Origin: Epiperipatus broadwayi
Lineage: Eukaryota > Animalia > Onychophora
Assembly (NCBI GenBank): GCA_028023455.1
Contig: JAQFVV010000003.1
Span: 29,202,001 to 29,266,000, forward strand
DNA length: 64,000 nucleotides
Direction of reading: 5' to 3'
Position numbers and translations under genes: made by a program. Within the stretch, counting starts at the first letter, position 1; each line of letters begins with the position of its first letter. The notes beneath the pieces were generated by a model that saw nothing but the letters and a program-made list of their open reading frames with translations, did no database searches and was not told where the DNA came from. This document shows, in pieces, positions 11,600 to 25,199 of this stretch.

Positions 11600-13646
11600 T
11601 GCTGTGTATTCGAAATGCAATCATTCCGAATATCAACAGACAAAATAATACATAATAAGAATAGCGAACAGTCTGCTACACTCAGCAACAGTCCTCTTGG
11701 AAATTTCACTGAAAATCTGCTAGAAAATCAACTCTTCACATCTAGCTCTATTCAGACAGTTTCCTCTGGTATCGATTTCCCAAACTTGGGCCTATTCAGC
11801 TGCTGCCCATGAACCCATTTTCACTGAGAGTGCTATACATTAACTGAAACTACTGCTATTTACATATCTCTATAAAATAAACTGGAAAAATGAACCACAT
11901 ACTTTGTTGCTTACTCTATTTATAGTTTTTAATTACTCTCACAATTAATTACTTTCTTCCATATATGGTAATGTTTTAGGTCTAAAACTAATTAATTGAT
12001 ACCTTAGGAATTCCTTTTCATATAAGATAATTTAGTCTATTCCACTAATTAATTAGTGTCTTATCAAGAAATATTAGTAATCAGCAAATATTTCTTGGAA
12101 TTTATCAATCACAATTAATATAAACTATTTAGTTAAACTTACTGCTTATCAGTTCGCGATCTAAATATATTTCTCTAATATTTTCTACTTTTTCTGGAGT
12201 GCACCAACTTATACTAATGTAAATATATTTTATAAAATACAACATTTCCCTCACTCCAGAAAAACCCTTGTTGCAATCCCTCGCCAATTTAGGTGAATTT
12301 TTTTTTCTTCCCAACTTGAAGAAACACTTGATTTTTCTTGTTCTTTCATTTTAGAAGTGTCCGTTTCAAACTGCTGCTGAACTTCTTCGCCACTTACAGG
12401 TTCAATAGTGACTGTGCAAGCGTGGTGGGACTCAGCTTCTGATGATAACTGTGCAAGCATTTTATTTATTAACTTTCACCATCTTGCATCGTGTAGACTT
12501 GCAGCAATTATTTTAAAAATTTCATTTCCATTGTCAATATTTTGTGTACTCACAAATTCTATGGTTAGTGCACCAGTGTTTTACTAACTGGCATTTCCAT
12601 TTTCACTCTCGACTGTGGCTAAGCTTGCTGTGTATTCAAAACCTATTCGCTATTCACAGGATCAAAATACGGCTGCACCAACGTGCTGTGTATTTGAAAT
12701 GCAATCATTTCGAATAACAACAAACAAAATAGTACATAATAAGAGTAGCAAACAGTCTGCTACACTCGCAACACAAATATGGTTCATTTCCTCTGATGCA
12801 CTTTAAGACTGGCTGCTTTCAAGATAGTTCCCATTGGCCTCAGTTTTCCAAACACTTTGGCCCTGGTCCAGTTCAGCTGCACGTGAACACACTATGGCTT
12901 CATCATAGAGCACTGCGACCATCACTATGAGCTTCTATTAGCAACAATTACTTCCGTTTCTCAGCAACAGACCTCTTGGTAACTTCACTGGAAAATCAAC
13001 TTTTTGCATCTAGTTGCTATCCAGACAGTTTCCTCCGGTGCTGGTTTCCCAAACTCTTTGGGCATATTCAGCTGCTGCCCGTGAACACATTTTCACTGAG
13101 AGCACTATACATTACCTGAAGCTACTGTCACTTACAACTCTCTGCAAAATAAACTGGAAAAATGAACCATGCTCTTTGTTTTTTTTTTCTCATATGTCAT
13201 GGCATCAGCCGGGACGCGAACCCACAACCGTCTGCAACCAACTACTTGCTTGCAAGGCGGATGTGATTACCTCTCGGCTAATAACGCTTGACACCATGCT
13301 CTTTGTTGCTTACTCTATTTATAGTTTTTAATTATTCTCACAATTAATTACTTCCTTCCATATACAGTAATGTTTTTAGATCTATAACTAATTAATTGGT
13401 GCTTTAGGAATTCCTTTCCATGTAAGGTAGTTTAGTCTATTCTATTAATTGATTAGTCTCTTATCAAGAAATATTTGTATATCAGCAAATATTTCTTGAA
13501 ATTTATCAAATCACAACTAATGTAAACTATTTAATTAAATTTACTGCTTATCAGTTCACGATCTAAATATATTTCTCTAATATTTTCTACTTTTTCTGGA
13601 GTGCACCAACTTATACTAATATAAATATATTTTACAAAATACAACA
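11600..13646 (-). mobile_element. Internally deleted non-autonomous LTR retroelement (TRIM-like)
   Basis: Direct repeats 11600-12244 and 12684-13646 with TG...CA ends. Perfect 5-bp TSD TTAGT (11595-11599 and 13647-13651). PPT ggagtgagggaa next to the 3' LTR, TGGTGCAGCC PBS-like site 3 nt from the 5' LTR, and only 439 bp of internal sequence. Confidence 0.9.
13181..13292 (-). mobile_element. tRNA-derived short retrocopy/SINE (tRNA-Ala(TGC)-like head) inserted in an LTR
   Basis: Absent from the sister LTR. 15-bp TSD accatgctctttgtt, poly(A) tail, A-box TAGCCGAGAGG, B-box GGTTCGCGTCC, CTTGCAA loop, and GCCA at the end of the tRNA-like part. Confidence 0.85.
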
Positions 13647-15399
13647 TTAGTCAATTTTCAAAATACTGTCCTTTCATGTTAATCTACTAATTAGATGGAA
13701 AATAAATTCCACTTTTATCTAATCCCAGGATCTTATACAGGTAGATTAATATTACTTTAGCAGTAATCTTAGCAAAACCTCAATCCAACAAACTCACAGT
13801 TTCAGATTGTAATGCAGATTTAAATTTTATTAATTTAAGAAAATCATGTAAATAAATACTAGTTATTAAATATGTAGTGTGGAATATATAATTGCATTGC
13901 ATATGAAGATTTATTTCTTCAATAAAGTAAATGTATATTCCCTATGCTAAATATCATTTTTGTTAAAATTAATAGAATGTATATGATTTAATGATTAGGA
14001 GTTTGTAAAGCTAGAATATAATAATGTATGGTTGTTTAACTATAAAAAGCATTACATTTAATTGTTGTATGTGGTTTCTGCTATGTATCTGCTAACAAAA
14101 AAAAAAAATGTAACAGATCACAGCAAAATACAATAACTGGGAATTAAATAAATTCAAATACCCAATATAATAAAAAATTTCTTATTTATTGTAATAAACA
14201 GACAAAATATGTAACACCACTATGCAATCCGAATAAAGTGAAACATTTAGACTTCAATCTCAATACAGTTATGTACGCCTGCACATATAGATGTATTTCA
14301 CTAGACACAGTTCTAATTTTCTCAGACCACAATATTAATTGTATAACTGACACAATAAAATAATATTAACCTCTGGTAGTTATTCCTCTGCGAGCCTTTT
14401 CAGACATATAAAAAATAATAATAAGATCAAGGTGATCTGTATAGAATCCTAATCAGCTCAATAACCTTCAGGTAACTGGCACTTAGTATAGGAAATTCCT
14501 CGATGACTGCGGGTTAACACTCTCAGCGATCTTGTGTAGCTAACTGCTCGACAGAGACCATCTCCCACAAAGGACAACAAAGACGCAGAACAGCTGTAGC
14601 AAAAATTTCTCCTTACTTATATGTCCCTGCATATTTTCTTATCTTCACAATAATTAAATCTTGGCTACGGATTTAATTAGTATATTTTAATTTAATCCCC
14701 AACAAAATCTTCTCATGTTTTACTTTACATTTTTTCTTACCACTATTATTTTGTTAATTAAGATCACAATTTTAGCATTTCAAAATTCCGTAATTAATTA
14801 TTTCTTATTAAACAAATGATTATACTTTTGTTTTTATTTCGTTAAGCAATATTTTTCTATAATTAATTATTTCTTATCTTTTCTTCTGAAGTACTTTACT
14901 TTTTCTTTGAAAAGAATGTGCTTTTATGATTTCCAACTTTTATGTTTCCAGTGATTACAATTTATATTGTATAATTCTTTTTCTAATTTCCACTACCAAA
15001 TAACTTCTCTTTTTATATAAATATAACCCACCTCTCCCACTCCAGAAGAATGCTCTCTATGTGTTTTATACATAATCCTTTAATTTTTTGGCTTATGCTT
15101 CTCCTGTACTGTGTGGTTTAATTTATTTCCTATATTTTCAGCCATGTCACTATCAGTGTGGATTTCCATTGAATTTTGTTCCTTTACTTTTTCATTTCTG
15201 ATTTCTATACATTCCGTTACATTTGGTTCGACTTTCATTTCTAGTTTTGAATGTAATAGCCATAAAAACTGTGTGTTGTCTTCTTCACATCTCCTCATAT
15301 GATTTAAGTGCCTAATATACTTAACATTATTCTGACCTTGAATTATGCAAATTTTAATTGCTATTATCTTATCAATCATTCCTTTCATCCATTTCTTAC

Positions 15400-18300
15400 A
15401 CAAATATATCATATACCCATACTCTGTCTCCAATACTAAAGTTTGTATGAGGTTTTATATTGCCCAACAAATCCTTTTTTGTTGGTTGAAGTAATGACAG
15501 GTTAATCCTTAGCTTCCTTCCTAAGAACAATTCTGCCAGTGATTTCCCTGTTGCTATGGATGGTGTCGAATGTTGACACAGCAATTATCTCTAATGCTTC
15601 TTACAGATCCGATATCTTCGACTACAATAAACTTTTCTTCACTTGTTGTATCACTTTTTCTGCCTGTCCATTTGACTCCAAATGAAAATATGTTTAATGC
15701 CCTTAATTTCAAAATACTGCTCCATTGTCGGACACAATGATTTCGGGAAAATCATATATTGTAAAAATCTCATTACAGTATTTAAAAATTTCCTCTGTAC
15801 CTGTATTACTTACAGTATGGCATTCAATCGACTTTGAAAAAGAATTAATTATTATCAACAGTATTTTCCCCTTTATTGGTCCTGCATGATCAATATGCAC
15901 CCTTTCCCATGGTCTGGTTGATACCAGCCACATTGTCAAATTTTTTTCTGGAAGTTACATTTCCTCCTCACATAATAAACATTTCTTTGCAAACTTTTCA
16001 ATATCTGCATTAATTCCCAACCACCAGAGACATAACTACGTGCCAGTGCTTTAGCTCGTACCATGCCTGGATAATCTTCATGCAATGAGTTTAAAACTAT
16101 TTGCTTCTCAGCAGTTGGTATCACTACTCTATCCCCCAAAACTATACAATCATTATACTTTGTAACTTATCTCTGTTAACTCAAAAACCCTGTGCAAGAC
16201 ACCAAGGCTTTCTGTACGGCCAACACGACCAAATCCATTTTTTTTAAACTTTATATCCCTTATCTTCTTTAGTCCATCTACCTACTATCCAACTGTTTAA
16301 TGTTTTTGATTTCATCACATTTATTGATTTACCTCTATTTCATTTGCTACAGGTTTATGTCTATCTGAAAATCTGCATAATGCATCTGCATGAGGTATTT
16401 CCTTCCCTTTTTTAAACATTAATTCATAATCATACCCCGCTAAAATATTGTCATCATAACACTCTCAGGCTTAAATGTTCAGGAGTTATACAATTATAAG
16501 CAAAAATACCTAGCAAAGGCTTATGATCTGTCACTATTTTAAATGCTCTTTTAAAAATATATTGGTGGAACTTTTTCAATGAAAAAACTATAACTAATGT
16601 CCCTTTGTCAATTTGACTAGAGTTCTTTTCCACTTTTGACAATGTGCGTGAGGTATACGCTATTGGCTGCTCCCATTTTCTGTCACTAGACTGCACCAAC
16701 AGCCCAATCTGAAACATCAATTGTAATTTGAACTAAATGATTATTGTTAAAGTGCACTAACAATTTATCAGACACTAATAACGCCTTTTTTTCTCAAAGT
16801 AACCTTTATTAATAAAAGATTACAAAAATTTTGGGTACACTTGCCCATTGAGGATTACACAGTGATTCAATGTAACAAGGTAAAATGTACATATGTTCAA
16901 GAATAATTACATCCATAAAAATTGCTGTAATGTGATTAATGTATATCTGTACGTGGATCCACATGGCCCAGCTGTCAAAAAATTAACCGTCACCCAATGG
17001 TCCCACCCCTGTAGCCCCAAAGCATAGACTCAAATGCTTCAGCTGAATAGGTGAAGTCCAGCATTGTGCCAACCACCACAACAGGCAGCGAAGTCCAAGG
17101 CCCAAGTTCACCAAGCAATAAACTCTCGAACCACAGCCGAGCCATGTCAAGACCATTCTGAATACCTCTGCCTCCCAATTAGCAGTCCAAATGAGCAGAG
17201 ACCACAATCAGTCTACCTGCCCAAAATTGGAAAGCCAATTTGGGTAAAAACTAAGAAGTAATAAGTAAAGAGCCATAATAACGCCTTTGTCTTTTCAAGA
17301 GCTACATCTTGTTTCTCAGTCCATTCACATTTTTGGTTCTTTTTTAATAACTCAAATAAAAGTTGTGCAAACAGTGCCTTATTTTTAAGAAATGGCTCAA
17401 AAAAATTAATCAAGCCCAGAAAAGCCTATAATTGCTTTACATTTTTTGGCTTATCTGCATTTTTAACACTCCTCACTTTTTTGGGAAAAGGCCACTTGCC
17501 TTTTTCCAAAATGATTCATCAGTTTGCCACGTTGATTTTTCGGCATTTAATCTAACCCCCACTCTATTTGGCCTTTCACAAACTTTTCTTACTTTTTTGT
17601 GTAATGACTTAAGTGACTCTGCAGAAATGAGTATGTCATCAACTTTGTAAAATATTATTTATTTTTGTTTGGAAAATATTGAGAGCAATAGTTACAGTAA
17701 ACAGTAATCTGTTACATTTAAATAGGCCAAAAGGCATCGCTAGTGTTATCATTTGGGCCATTCTTTCTGTCACTACTATTTTATGGTATGCTGAATTTAA
17801 ATCCAGCTTAGCAATCATTTGCTAATGCTGTCAGTATTTCTCTTGTTTGGCATCGGGTATGTGCGCATATTTAAAAACCTATTCCCCGTTAGGTTTTGTT
17901 ATATCACTACTATAGGCATGGGCCATTCTGAGAACTCTACTGGGGTCAATACTCCATTTTCAATTAAAACCTGAAATTTTTCTTCTACTTTAGCACAGTG
18001 TGCGAATGATATCTTTCTAGGTTTGCATATTATTGGAGTTACATTCTCCACTAACTCCATGTCTACTGGGTTTGTACCGATAAATCAAAATTGTTTTCAA
18101 ATAATTTAGGAAGTTTTTTCATTTCCTGTTCGTATTTTAAATTATACTAATATTGATTCCGACTGCATTGAACTATTCATGCCCTATAATGGGACTAATA
18201 TCTTGTTTCATTACATATAAAGAAAATTTTCCTCTCAATTTCTATATTTAACCGGTACTTCTACTATTCCCTTAATCTCTACCTCATTCCTGCTAACATC

Positions 18301-19260
18301 TTGTGCCTTTATAAATGTATTTTCTATTTCCGTGTTATTTTTCCTGGTAATCCCCAATCTGTTACCTATCTCCATTGCTACTTTTGTATCCCATATCTAA
18401 AGTTTTGTCATGAACTTGTTTTCTGCTATATCTTTCATATTTTTAATTGTATGACTGCTCCTCAATTTCCTTTTCCGATGCTTTTTAGTTTCAGCAGCAT
18501 AATACTTCTGTACACTTTCAACCTTCGTACATACTTTTGCTAGATACCCTCTAGCTTTACATCTGTAATACGTCTCATTTTTCCATTTGCAAAACCGTGC
18601 CACATGATCTTTTTCTCTGTAGTAAAAGCAAATAACTTTTCCTTTTTTTTGCATTATCAAACCCCCGTTCTATGTTCTCCTATGCCCTCTCTGCTTTATA
18701 CTAGCCTTTTTGAATCTTTCTCCATTTTATTTCTGAACAAGAGACACTGTTCAACTACTAGCTCATATGCAATTCTCTTCTTAATTGCCCTTTTATATAT
18801 TAAATCTACTTCAGTAAGTAAATTTTGCCAGAGTCTGTCTGCAATCCTCCACAGTAACTACAATTTTTTGACAACTCTCTCAATGCTATATCATACTCTT
18901 TAATAGTTTCTCCTTCATATTGCTTTCTATTTCTTAGCATTAATATGGTTATTTGATGAGAAGGTTTCAGACTAAAATGATCATTCAATTTTTTTACCAT
19001 CTTTTCATACATGAATGATTCATTTATTGATTGCTCAGAATATTAATTTATAACATCAATAACCTTACATCCCGCCAGAGAAAACAGAGCCACTATTTTC
19101 CATTTCTCTTTACTATCATTAAGTACAAAAAAAATTTCAATTTGCATAATATATAGTGGCCATTCCACTGCATTACATATATCAAACTCTGATATGTTTG
19201 ATTGTCCCAAGGACAATTTTGATCCTACAAAACAAAACACTCTTACACCATCTATATTCC
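15400..19260 (-). pseudogene. Fragmented gag-pol of the Mag-like element
   Basis: ORF-track fragments 19043-19240, 18806-19012, 18397-18660, 17213-17413, 16454-16720, 15936-16139, 15709-15939 and 15396-15584 fall in gag-RT-RH-IN order, with many stops and frameshifts. Confidence 0.9.
16801..17277 (-). mobile_element. ~480-bp insertion in the Mag RT/RNase H junction, probably a 5'-truncated non-LTR retroposon
   Basis: Interrupts the pol frame. The FEK(K/T)KALL-coding stretch (aataacgcctt...tcaa) occurs on both sides (about 16778-16800 and 17278-17300) like a ~22-bp TSD. Ends in AATAAA on the minus strand. Confidence 0.6.
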
Positions 19261-21009
19261 TTCCTAATTTATCATTTCATTCCCTATAGCTAGGTTCAGA
19301 TTTTTTGACAGCGCTAACTTTTGCTATAGATCTGCTAACAAAAAAAAAAATGCAACAGATCACAGCAAAGTACGAGAACTGGGAATTAAATAAATTCAAA
19401 TATCCAATATAATGAAAATTTCTTATTTATTGGAACAAACAGACAAAATATACAATACCACTATGCAATCTACATTAACTGAAACATTTAGAATTTAATC
19501 TCAATATTGTTATGCACATCTGAACATATAGATGTATTTCATTAGACACAGTGCTAATTTTCTCAGGCCACAATATTAATTAATAGTCTAACTGTCACAA
19601 TAAAATAATATTACCATTGGGTAGTAATTCCTCTGCAAGCCTTCTCAGGCATAAAAAATAATAATAATAAGTTCAAGGTGATCTGTATGGAATTCTAATC
19701 AGCTCATTAACATTTAGGTAACTGGTGCCTGGGATAGGAAACTCCTTGATGATTGCGGGTTAACACTCTCGGCAATTTTGTGTAGCTAACTGCTCAACAA
19801 CAGAGACTATCTCCCATGAAGAACAACGAAGATGCAGAACAACTATAGTAAAAATTTCTCTCTATTTACATATCTCTGCATATTTTTTTCTGTCTACACA
19901 CTAATTAAATCTTGACTTACAGTTTTAATTAATGTATTTTAATTTAATCCCAAACAAAATCTTTTCATGTTTTAATTTACATTTTTTCTTACCACTATTA
20001 TTTCGTTAATTAAGATCAGGACTTTAGCATTTCAAAATTCCATAATTATATCTTATTAAACAAACAGTCAACTATACTTTTGTTTTTATTTTTTTAAGCA
20101 ATCTTTTTCTATAATTAATTATTTTGTATCTTTTCTTCAGAAATACTTTACCTTTTCTTTGAAAACAATGTGCTTTTATGATTTCCAACACATTTTCGAT
20201 GATTACAATTGATATTGTATAATTCTGTTTCTAATTTCAACTATCAAATAATTTCTTTTTTTATAAAAATATAATAATTTAATCTTTTGTACTTTGAAAA
20301 AAGGAACAGAAATAAAATTCAAGCCTATTCTGATTTGCAGTTATTGATGTTAGGGCATGACTCTTGAAGAAGGTTTCCTGGAAACCGATCCTAAGAACTT
20401 TATATTGTCATAGTCCATATTATATAACTCCGATTTTATATAATATCTTATAATAATGATCTAATAGAGAGTGAATGCTTTTTTATTCTCTATAGTAATA
20501 TACCCCTCGCAGTTTAGAAAAAAGAGAAAAGGAGTAAGTTCAAGAGCAAAAGATTTCCGCATCATCTTGGTCAGTTGATGAATGGAATTGTTGCAATCAG
20601 CTTATCAATATTGTGCTCAAATTACATGTAATCACCTGAACAATTGGCTACATAATTAAAAATAAAATTATAATTCAAAAATCACTTTGTTTTCAAACAG
20701 GTTATTTACATTTAATTAAAGATCAAGTGTGTCATTTAGTATTTGTCAAAATAATTGAATAAAAATGAGTAAAAAAAAATGAAAAAATATTAACAATACA
20801 GTAATTATATGTTTTAGTATAATGCAAAAAAAAAAAATATTGTCACTTTTGTATATACCATATTTATGTATCATCTCAAAAACAAATTTTTGTTTTTTTT
20901 CTGAGAGTAATACTGATATATCAATGTGTAATGAGTTGAATGTCATTCCTATTAATGTCATTAATAGGAAAATAACTGGATACACTTTTAAAAACCGCAA
21001 CAAAGATAG

Positions 21010-22876
21010 CTGGTAGAAAAAAGCAGCAATTGACCAATAAAATTTCTACTGAGACTAGAGAATTTATGAAGAAAAGAAGGAATATGAGGATATACAACAA
21101 TGATGTATTAAGAAAGATTGAATATCTTGAAATTTGTAAAATGGTGCGGAAAAGAGTTGAAAATAATATAAGAAAGTATAATGGTGAACTAGCAAAAAAA
21201 GCTGTAGAAGAGAATAAAAGTCTAGAGTGTAAAACAACATTTTGGTATTGGTAGGAAATTTATATCTCTAATAAGAAAAAAAGATGGCATTAATACTAAA
21301 AAGAGAGATGACATCATAAAATGTGTAGAAGACTTCTATCAAGAATTATATAGTAATAACAAGTGCCTCATATACCTATTATATCTTCCGAATTGCCCAG
21401 AATTTTGAATGAGGAAGTGAGACATGTAATTAAATTTATGAAGAAAGGGAAGGCTCCAGGTAATGATGGAATTATAATTGATATATTAAAAGAAGCAGGT
21501 GAAGAAATAGAAATTTTTTTAGCAAAGTTATATACCAAATGTCTAAATGATAAAGATGTACCAGATGACTGGAAGAATGCAGTATTAATATTTAAAAAAG
21601 GTGATAAAGAAGATATTATAAATTACAGACATATCAGTCTTTTATCAGTTTTATATAAAATTTTTACCAAGATAATTACAACTCGTCTACAGAAAACACT
21701 GGATTTCCACCAACCAAGAGAACAAGCTGGATTTAAAAGTGGTTTTAGTACAGTAGATCATATCCAGGTATTAAGAGAAGTTAGTTGCCATTATGCTTAG
21801 GATTTGTAGATTATGAAAAGGCATTTGATTCTATAAACATTTCTTCAGTGATTAAAGCATTGGATCATCAAGGTGTAGATCCAGGATATTGTCATATTTT
21901 AAAGAATATTTATAAAAATGCAACAGCAACAATTAGATTACATAATAATAGTAGGAAAATCAAAATTGAAAAGGGTGTAAGACAGGGTGACTCCATATCT
22001 CCAAAACTTTTTACAGCAGTGCTGCAAGAAGTATTTTGTGGATTAAAATGGGAAGCTAAAGGAGTGAAAGTAAATGGAGATTATTTAAGTCATTTAGATT
22101 TTGCAGATGATGTAGTTGTTTTTGCAAATAACATTTTAGAGCTACAGGAAATGTTGCAGGAGTTATCAGATTAAAGTAGGAAAGTAGGACTAAAGATAAA
22201 TGTTAAAAAGACTAAAGCAATGTTTAATAGATTTTCTCAAAATATGAAAATAAAGATTGATTATGATGAGTTAGAAGAAGTTAACAGTTACAAATATCTT
22301 GGTCAGATTATTAATACAGATGGAAACATAATGGATGAAATTAATCATAGAATTAAAGTTGGTTGGAGTGCTTTTGGTAGAAATAACTTGATACTAAAAG
22401 GAAATATGCCTATGTTTTTGAAAAAAAAAAAGGTTTTTAACAAATGTGTTTTACCAGTTCTTACTTACGGATCTGAGACTTAGACACTTAATAAAAGAGC
22501 AATACAGAGACTCCAGACCACTCAAAGAAGAATGGAGAGATGCATGTTGGGAGTAACAAGAAGAGATCGAAACGCAATGTATGAGTAAGAGAACAAACAG
22601 GTGTTACTGACCTCATTGAAAAAATTAAAAGACTGAAGTAGAGTTGGGCTGAACATATTGCTAGAAGAGATGATAATAGATGGACAATTGAAATTTTAAA
22701 CTAAATTCCAAGAGATTGTAAAAGACCCAGAAAGAGACCACATGTGAGATGGATCAATGAAATAAGAAAGTGTGCAGGGATGATGTGGAGAAGAGAATCT
22801 AAAGATAGGAAAAAATGGATTGAACTTGGAGAGACATTCATCCTGCAGTGGATTGATAATGATTGATGATGATGAA
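21010..22876 (+). mobile_element. 5'-truncated, decayed RTE-clade LINE (RT domain and 3' end)
   Basis: KGKAPGNDGI, NYRHISLLSVLYKIFTKII, QPREQAGF, LGFVDYEKAFDS, KGVRQGDSISPKLF, LDFADDVV and YKYLGQ motifs; (TGA)n-type tail. Confidence 0.95.
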
Positions 22877-23208
22877 TGAGTTGAAATTTTATTTTTTATA
22901 TAAGACATAAAGAACTAAGAGGTTTGTAAATTATGGAAAGAAATGATTATGAACAAAGATTTTTATAACTTTCCTCAACTAAAAAACTTAATGATTTTTC
23001 TTTTAGATTATTATTTTCTTGAGGGCTTTTTCAAAATTTTTCTATGATTATCATAAATTTTATACCTGATAAAGGTCTAATTGAGTTTTATCTATATAAG
23101 GTGTTATCTAATTCATATTCCAAAATTTGTTGATTTTAATATTATTATTTTGAATTCATAATATATACAAACACACATACTGAAACACATTATATACTTA
23201 TATTCAAA

Positions 23209-23490
23209 CACACCTACACTATAAAAAAACCATACACTCATATATTGTATAGATACTTATCTAAATTTTAATTTCAAATCGTTCAAAAGATTTCGAAAAA
23301 GTTCTTCAATTTGTTTAAATTCCTGGCTCTTAATTTTTGTAGATCGGTAACAACACCCCACTATAAAAAACCATACACTCATATATTGTATAGATACTTA
23401 CCTAAATTTTAATTTCAAATCGTTCAAAAGATTTCGAAAAAGTTCTTCAATTTGTTTAAATTCATGGCTCTTAATTTTTGTAGATCGGTA
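23209..23490. repeat. Tandem duplication of about 140 bp (2 copies)
   Basis: acacc(t/c)acactataaaaaa(a)ccatacactc...ttgtagatcggta occurs twice, nearly identical. Confidence 0.9.
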
Positions 23491-24103
23491 CTTCTCGACT
23501 AATTTCTACACATGATAACAAAAACAAAAATAATTCATTTAATCTAAATAGCCAACGTAAAATGGTAATGAATATTAATAAAAACTTACAAAAACTAAAT
23601 TAATAGAAGCTTTATAATATAAATATTAAAATACAAAATGGACATGGAGTGATATAAAATGGATTGCTTCTGTTAAATTCATACTTCTTTCATACATTTA
23701 ACACTGAATAATAATATCAAGAATTAACTTCACTGGATACACAAAATTTGATCAAGATATTGTAAGAAATGTTGAATCTTTTCATTATTTGGAGTTTACA
23801 TGTTTCAGTTGCAATCATATAATAGAGGAAAAGTTGCTTGGTGAATACAATTTTTACCATTAAATGATAAATACTTGATATTTAAATTAGGTAAAAATTG
23901 TTAAATAAACATGAATTTGATGTAGATTCACATGAAATTAATAGAAAATCTTGATTTTTTTTACAAAATTTCTTCACAATAAAGCAAAGATCAAAATAAT
24001 TCTTCAATTCTTGTCCCAAGTAAAAAAATATTGTTGTCAAGATGGAAATAAATAGGTGATGCTATTAAATTCTTCTGTGTAGATGCATAGACATGATGCG
24101 ATG

Positions 24104-24265
24104 CACTGTGACTTCTCCTTATACAGAGTCAGGAATCTCTCAGCAACTATGCCCAGAGAAACCTGTTAGCCACTTTGACTTCTCTTTCCATTCCCCATCC
24201 TAAGTTTTCCCATATTCTTCTCTATCCTGCTCCATCCCATTTCCACAATGTAATCTTGTAAGCTG
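24104..24265 (-). repeat. Dispersed repeat, likely the 3' UTR of the LINE seen at 59470-60255
   Basis: Aligns by eye with 59474-59630 (gagtcaggaatctctca...cccatcctaagtttt...ttcttctctatcctgctcca). Confidence 0.7.
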
Positions 24266-25199
24266 AATCTATTTAAAATTTTATATTTTTAAGTTTAAAT
24301 TTTTTTTTTAATCTTAAAAGAATGAAAGTATTTACATGGAAATTACTTACAAGTCTGTTGTATACCTCTAAGAAATAAATTTCCACATTATTAGTGGGAA
24401 TCCAGTTGATAACATTTTGCTTTAGAATTATTTACTTAAAGATGAACAATTAAAATATACTAGATGACAGTGCAAACCCAGATCCTCAGATTGGCTTCTG
24501 ACTAATAGTCTTCATTAATGAGAAGTGATGAATTGTTCATATCAATCCAGCAAGCAGCTTTACTTTTATTTTGCTATATAAGCTAATGATTTTAAAATTG
24601 CAAACACCTAAGATTTAAAACCCAAGCTCACCTGCTTGTCCAGCTCCATAGGTCTGATACTAGCCCACCAACTATATGTTTTAATGATCTCAGCATTAAT
24701 ATTTTTTTTAGTCTATCCATTGTTGCTCATTGACTGCATGCTTATATAAAAGTTTTATAATAAAGCAATGTAAAGAGAGTCAAACATGTTATACTGCAGA
24801 TTTGAAATGTAAACTAGAGGAGTATGTGATTCTTTGTCAAAAGGTTAAAAATGCCTACAATCAATTTATAATAAATGACTCTTAGAAAATGTGTATAACT
24901 TAGTATTCCTATTGCCAAGAAAAAAAATAATCTAGAGAAAAGTGATGTAAATGAATTATTTCTTTGCAAATTTTAAAGCTAAGCCCATGAGTTGTAATAT
25001 TGCTAAATAACTGAAATTTCAGAATAGTTCTGATAAATAACTTTAATGTTTTGATAACCAAAAAAAAAAAAAAATGTGATAAAAAAATAAATAGCAGGCA
25101 AATGAATAATGATATTGGTAAAATGGACAAATGTGATTTAATGTGAAATATTTGTGTGGGATAATAAAATGACTTCTCTTTAGACAAAATCAGAAGGTT

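Larger units (their letters stand above)
14079..20276 (-). mobile_element. Decayed full-length Ty3/Gypsy LTR retrotransposon, Mag-like clade
   Basis: Diverged ~950-bp LTRs at 14079-15028 and 19322-20276, with a PPT (gtgggagaggtgg) at about 15029-15041. Interrupted gag (ISEFD...EW..Y...; HFSLKPS; CYRCKARGYLAKVC knuckle), RT/RNase H (QPIAYTSRTLSKVEKN..QIDK; FKIVTDHKPLLGIF) and integrase (RPWERVHIDHAGP; IVSDNG) motifs. Confidence 0.93.

Noticed and set aside
14085-14108. TGTTAGCAGAT, resembling a tRNA-iMet PBS (also at about 19330)
   Set aside because: It occurs at both repeats and homology extends beyond it, so it is inside the LTR, not a PBS.
24351-24419. Possible extra GTF3C1 exon QNVINWIPTNNVEIYFLEVYNRL with a gtaagt donor
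   Set aside because: The acceptor lacks a polypyrimidine tract, similarity is negligible, and it is not needed for phase continuity.
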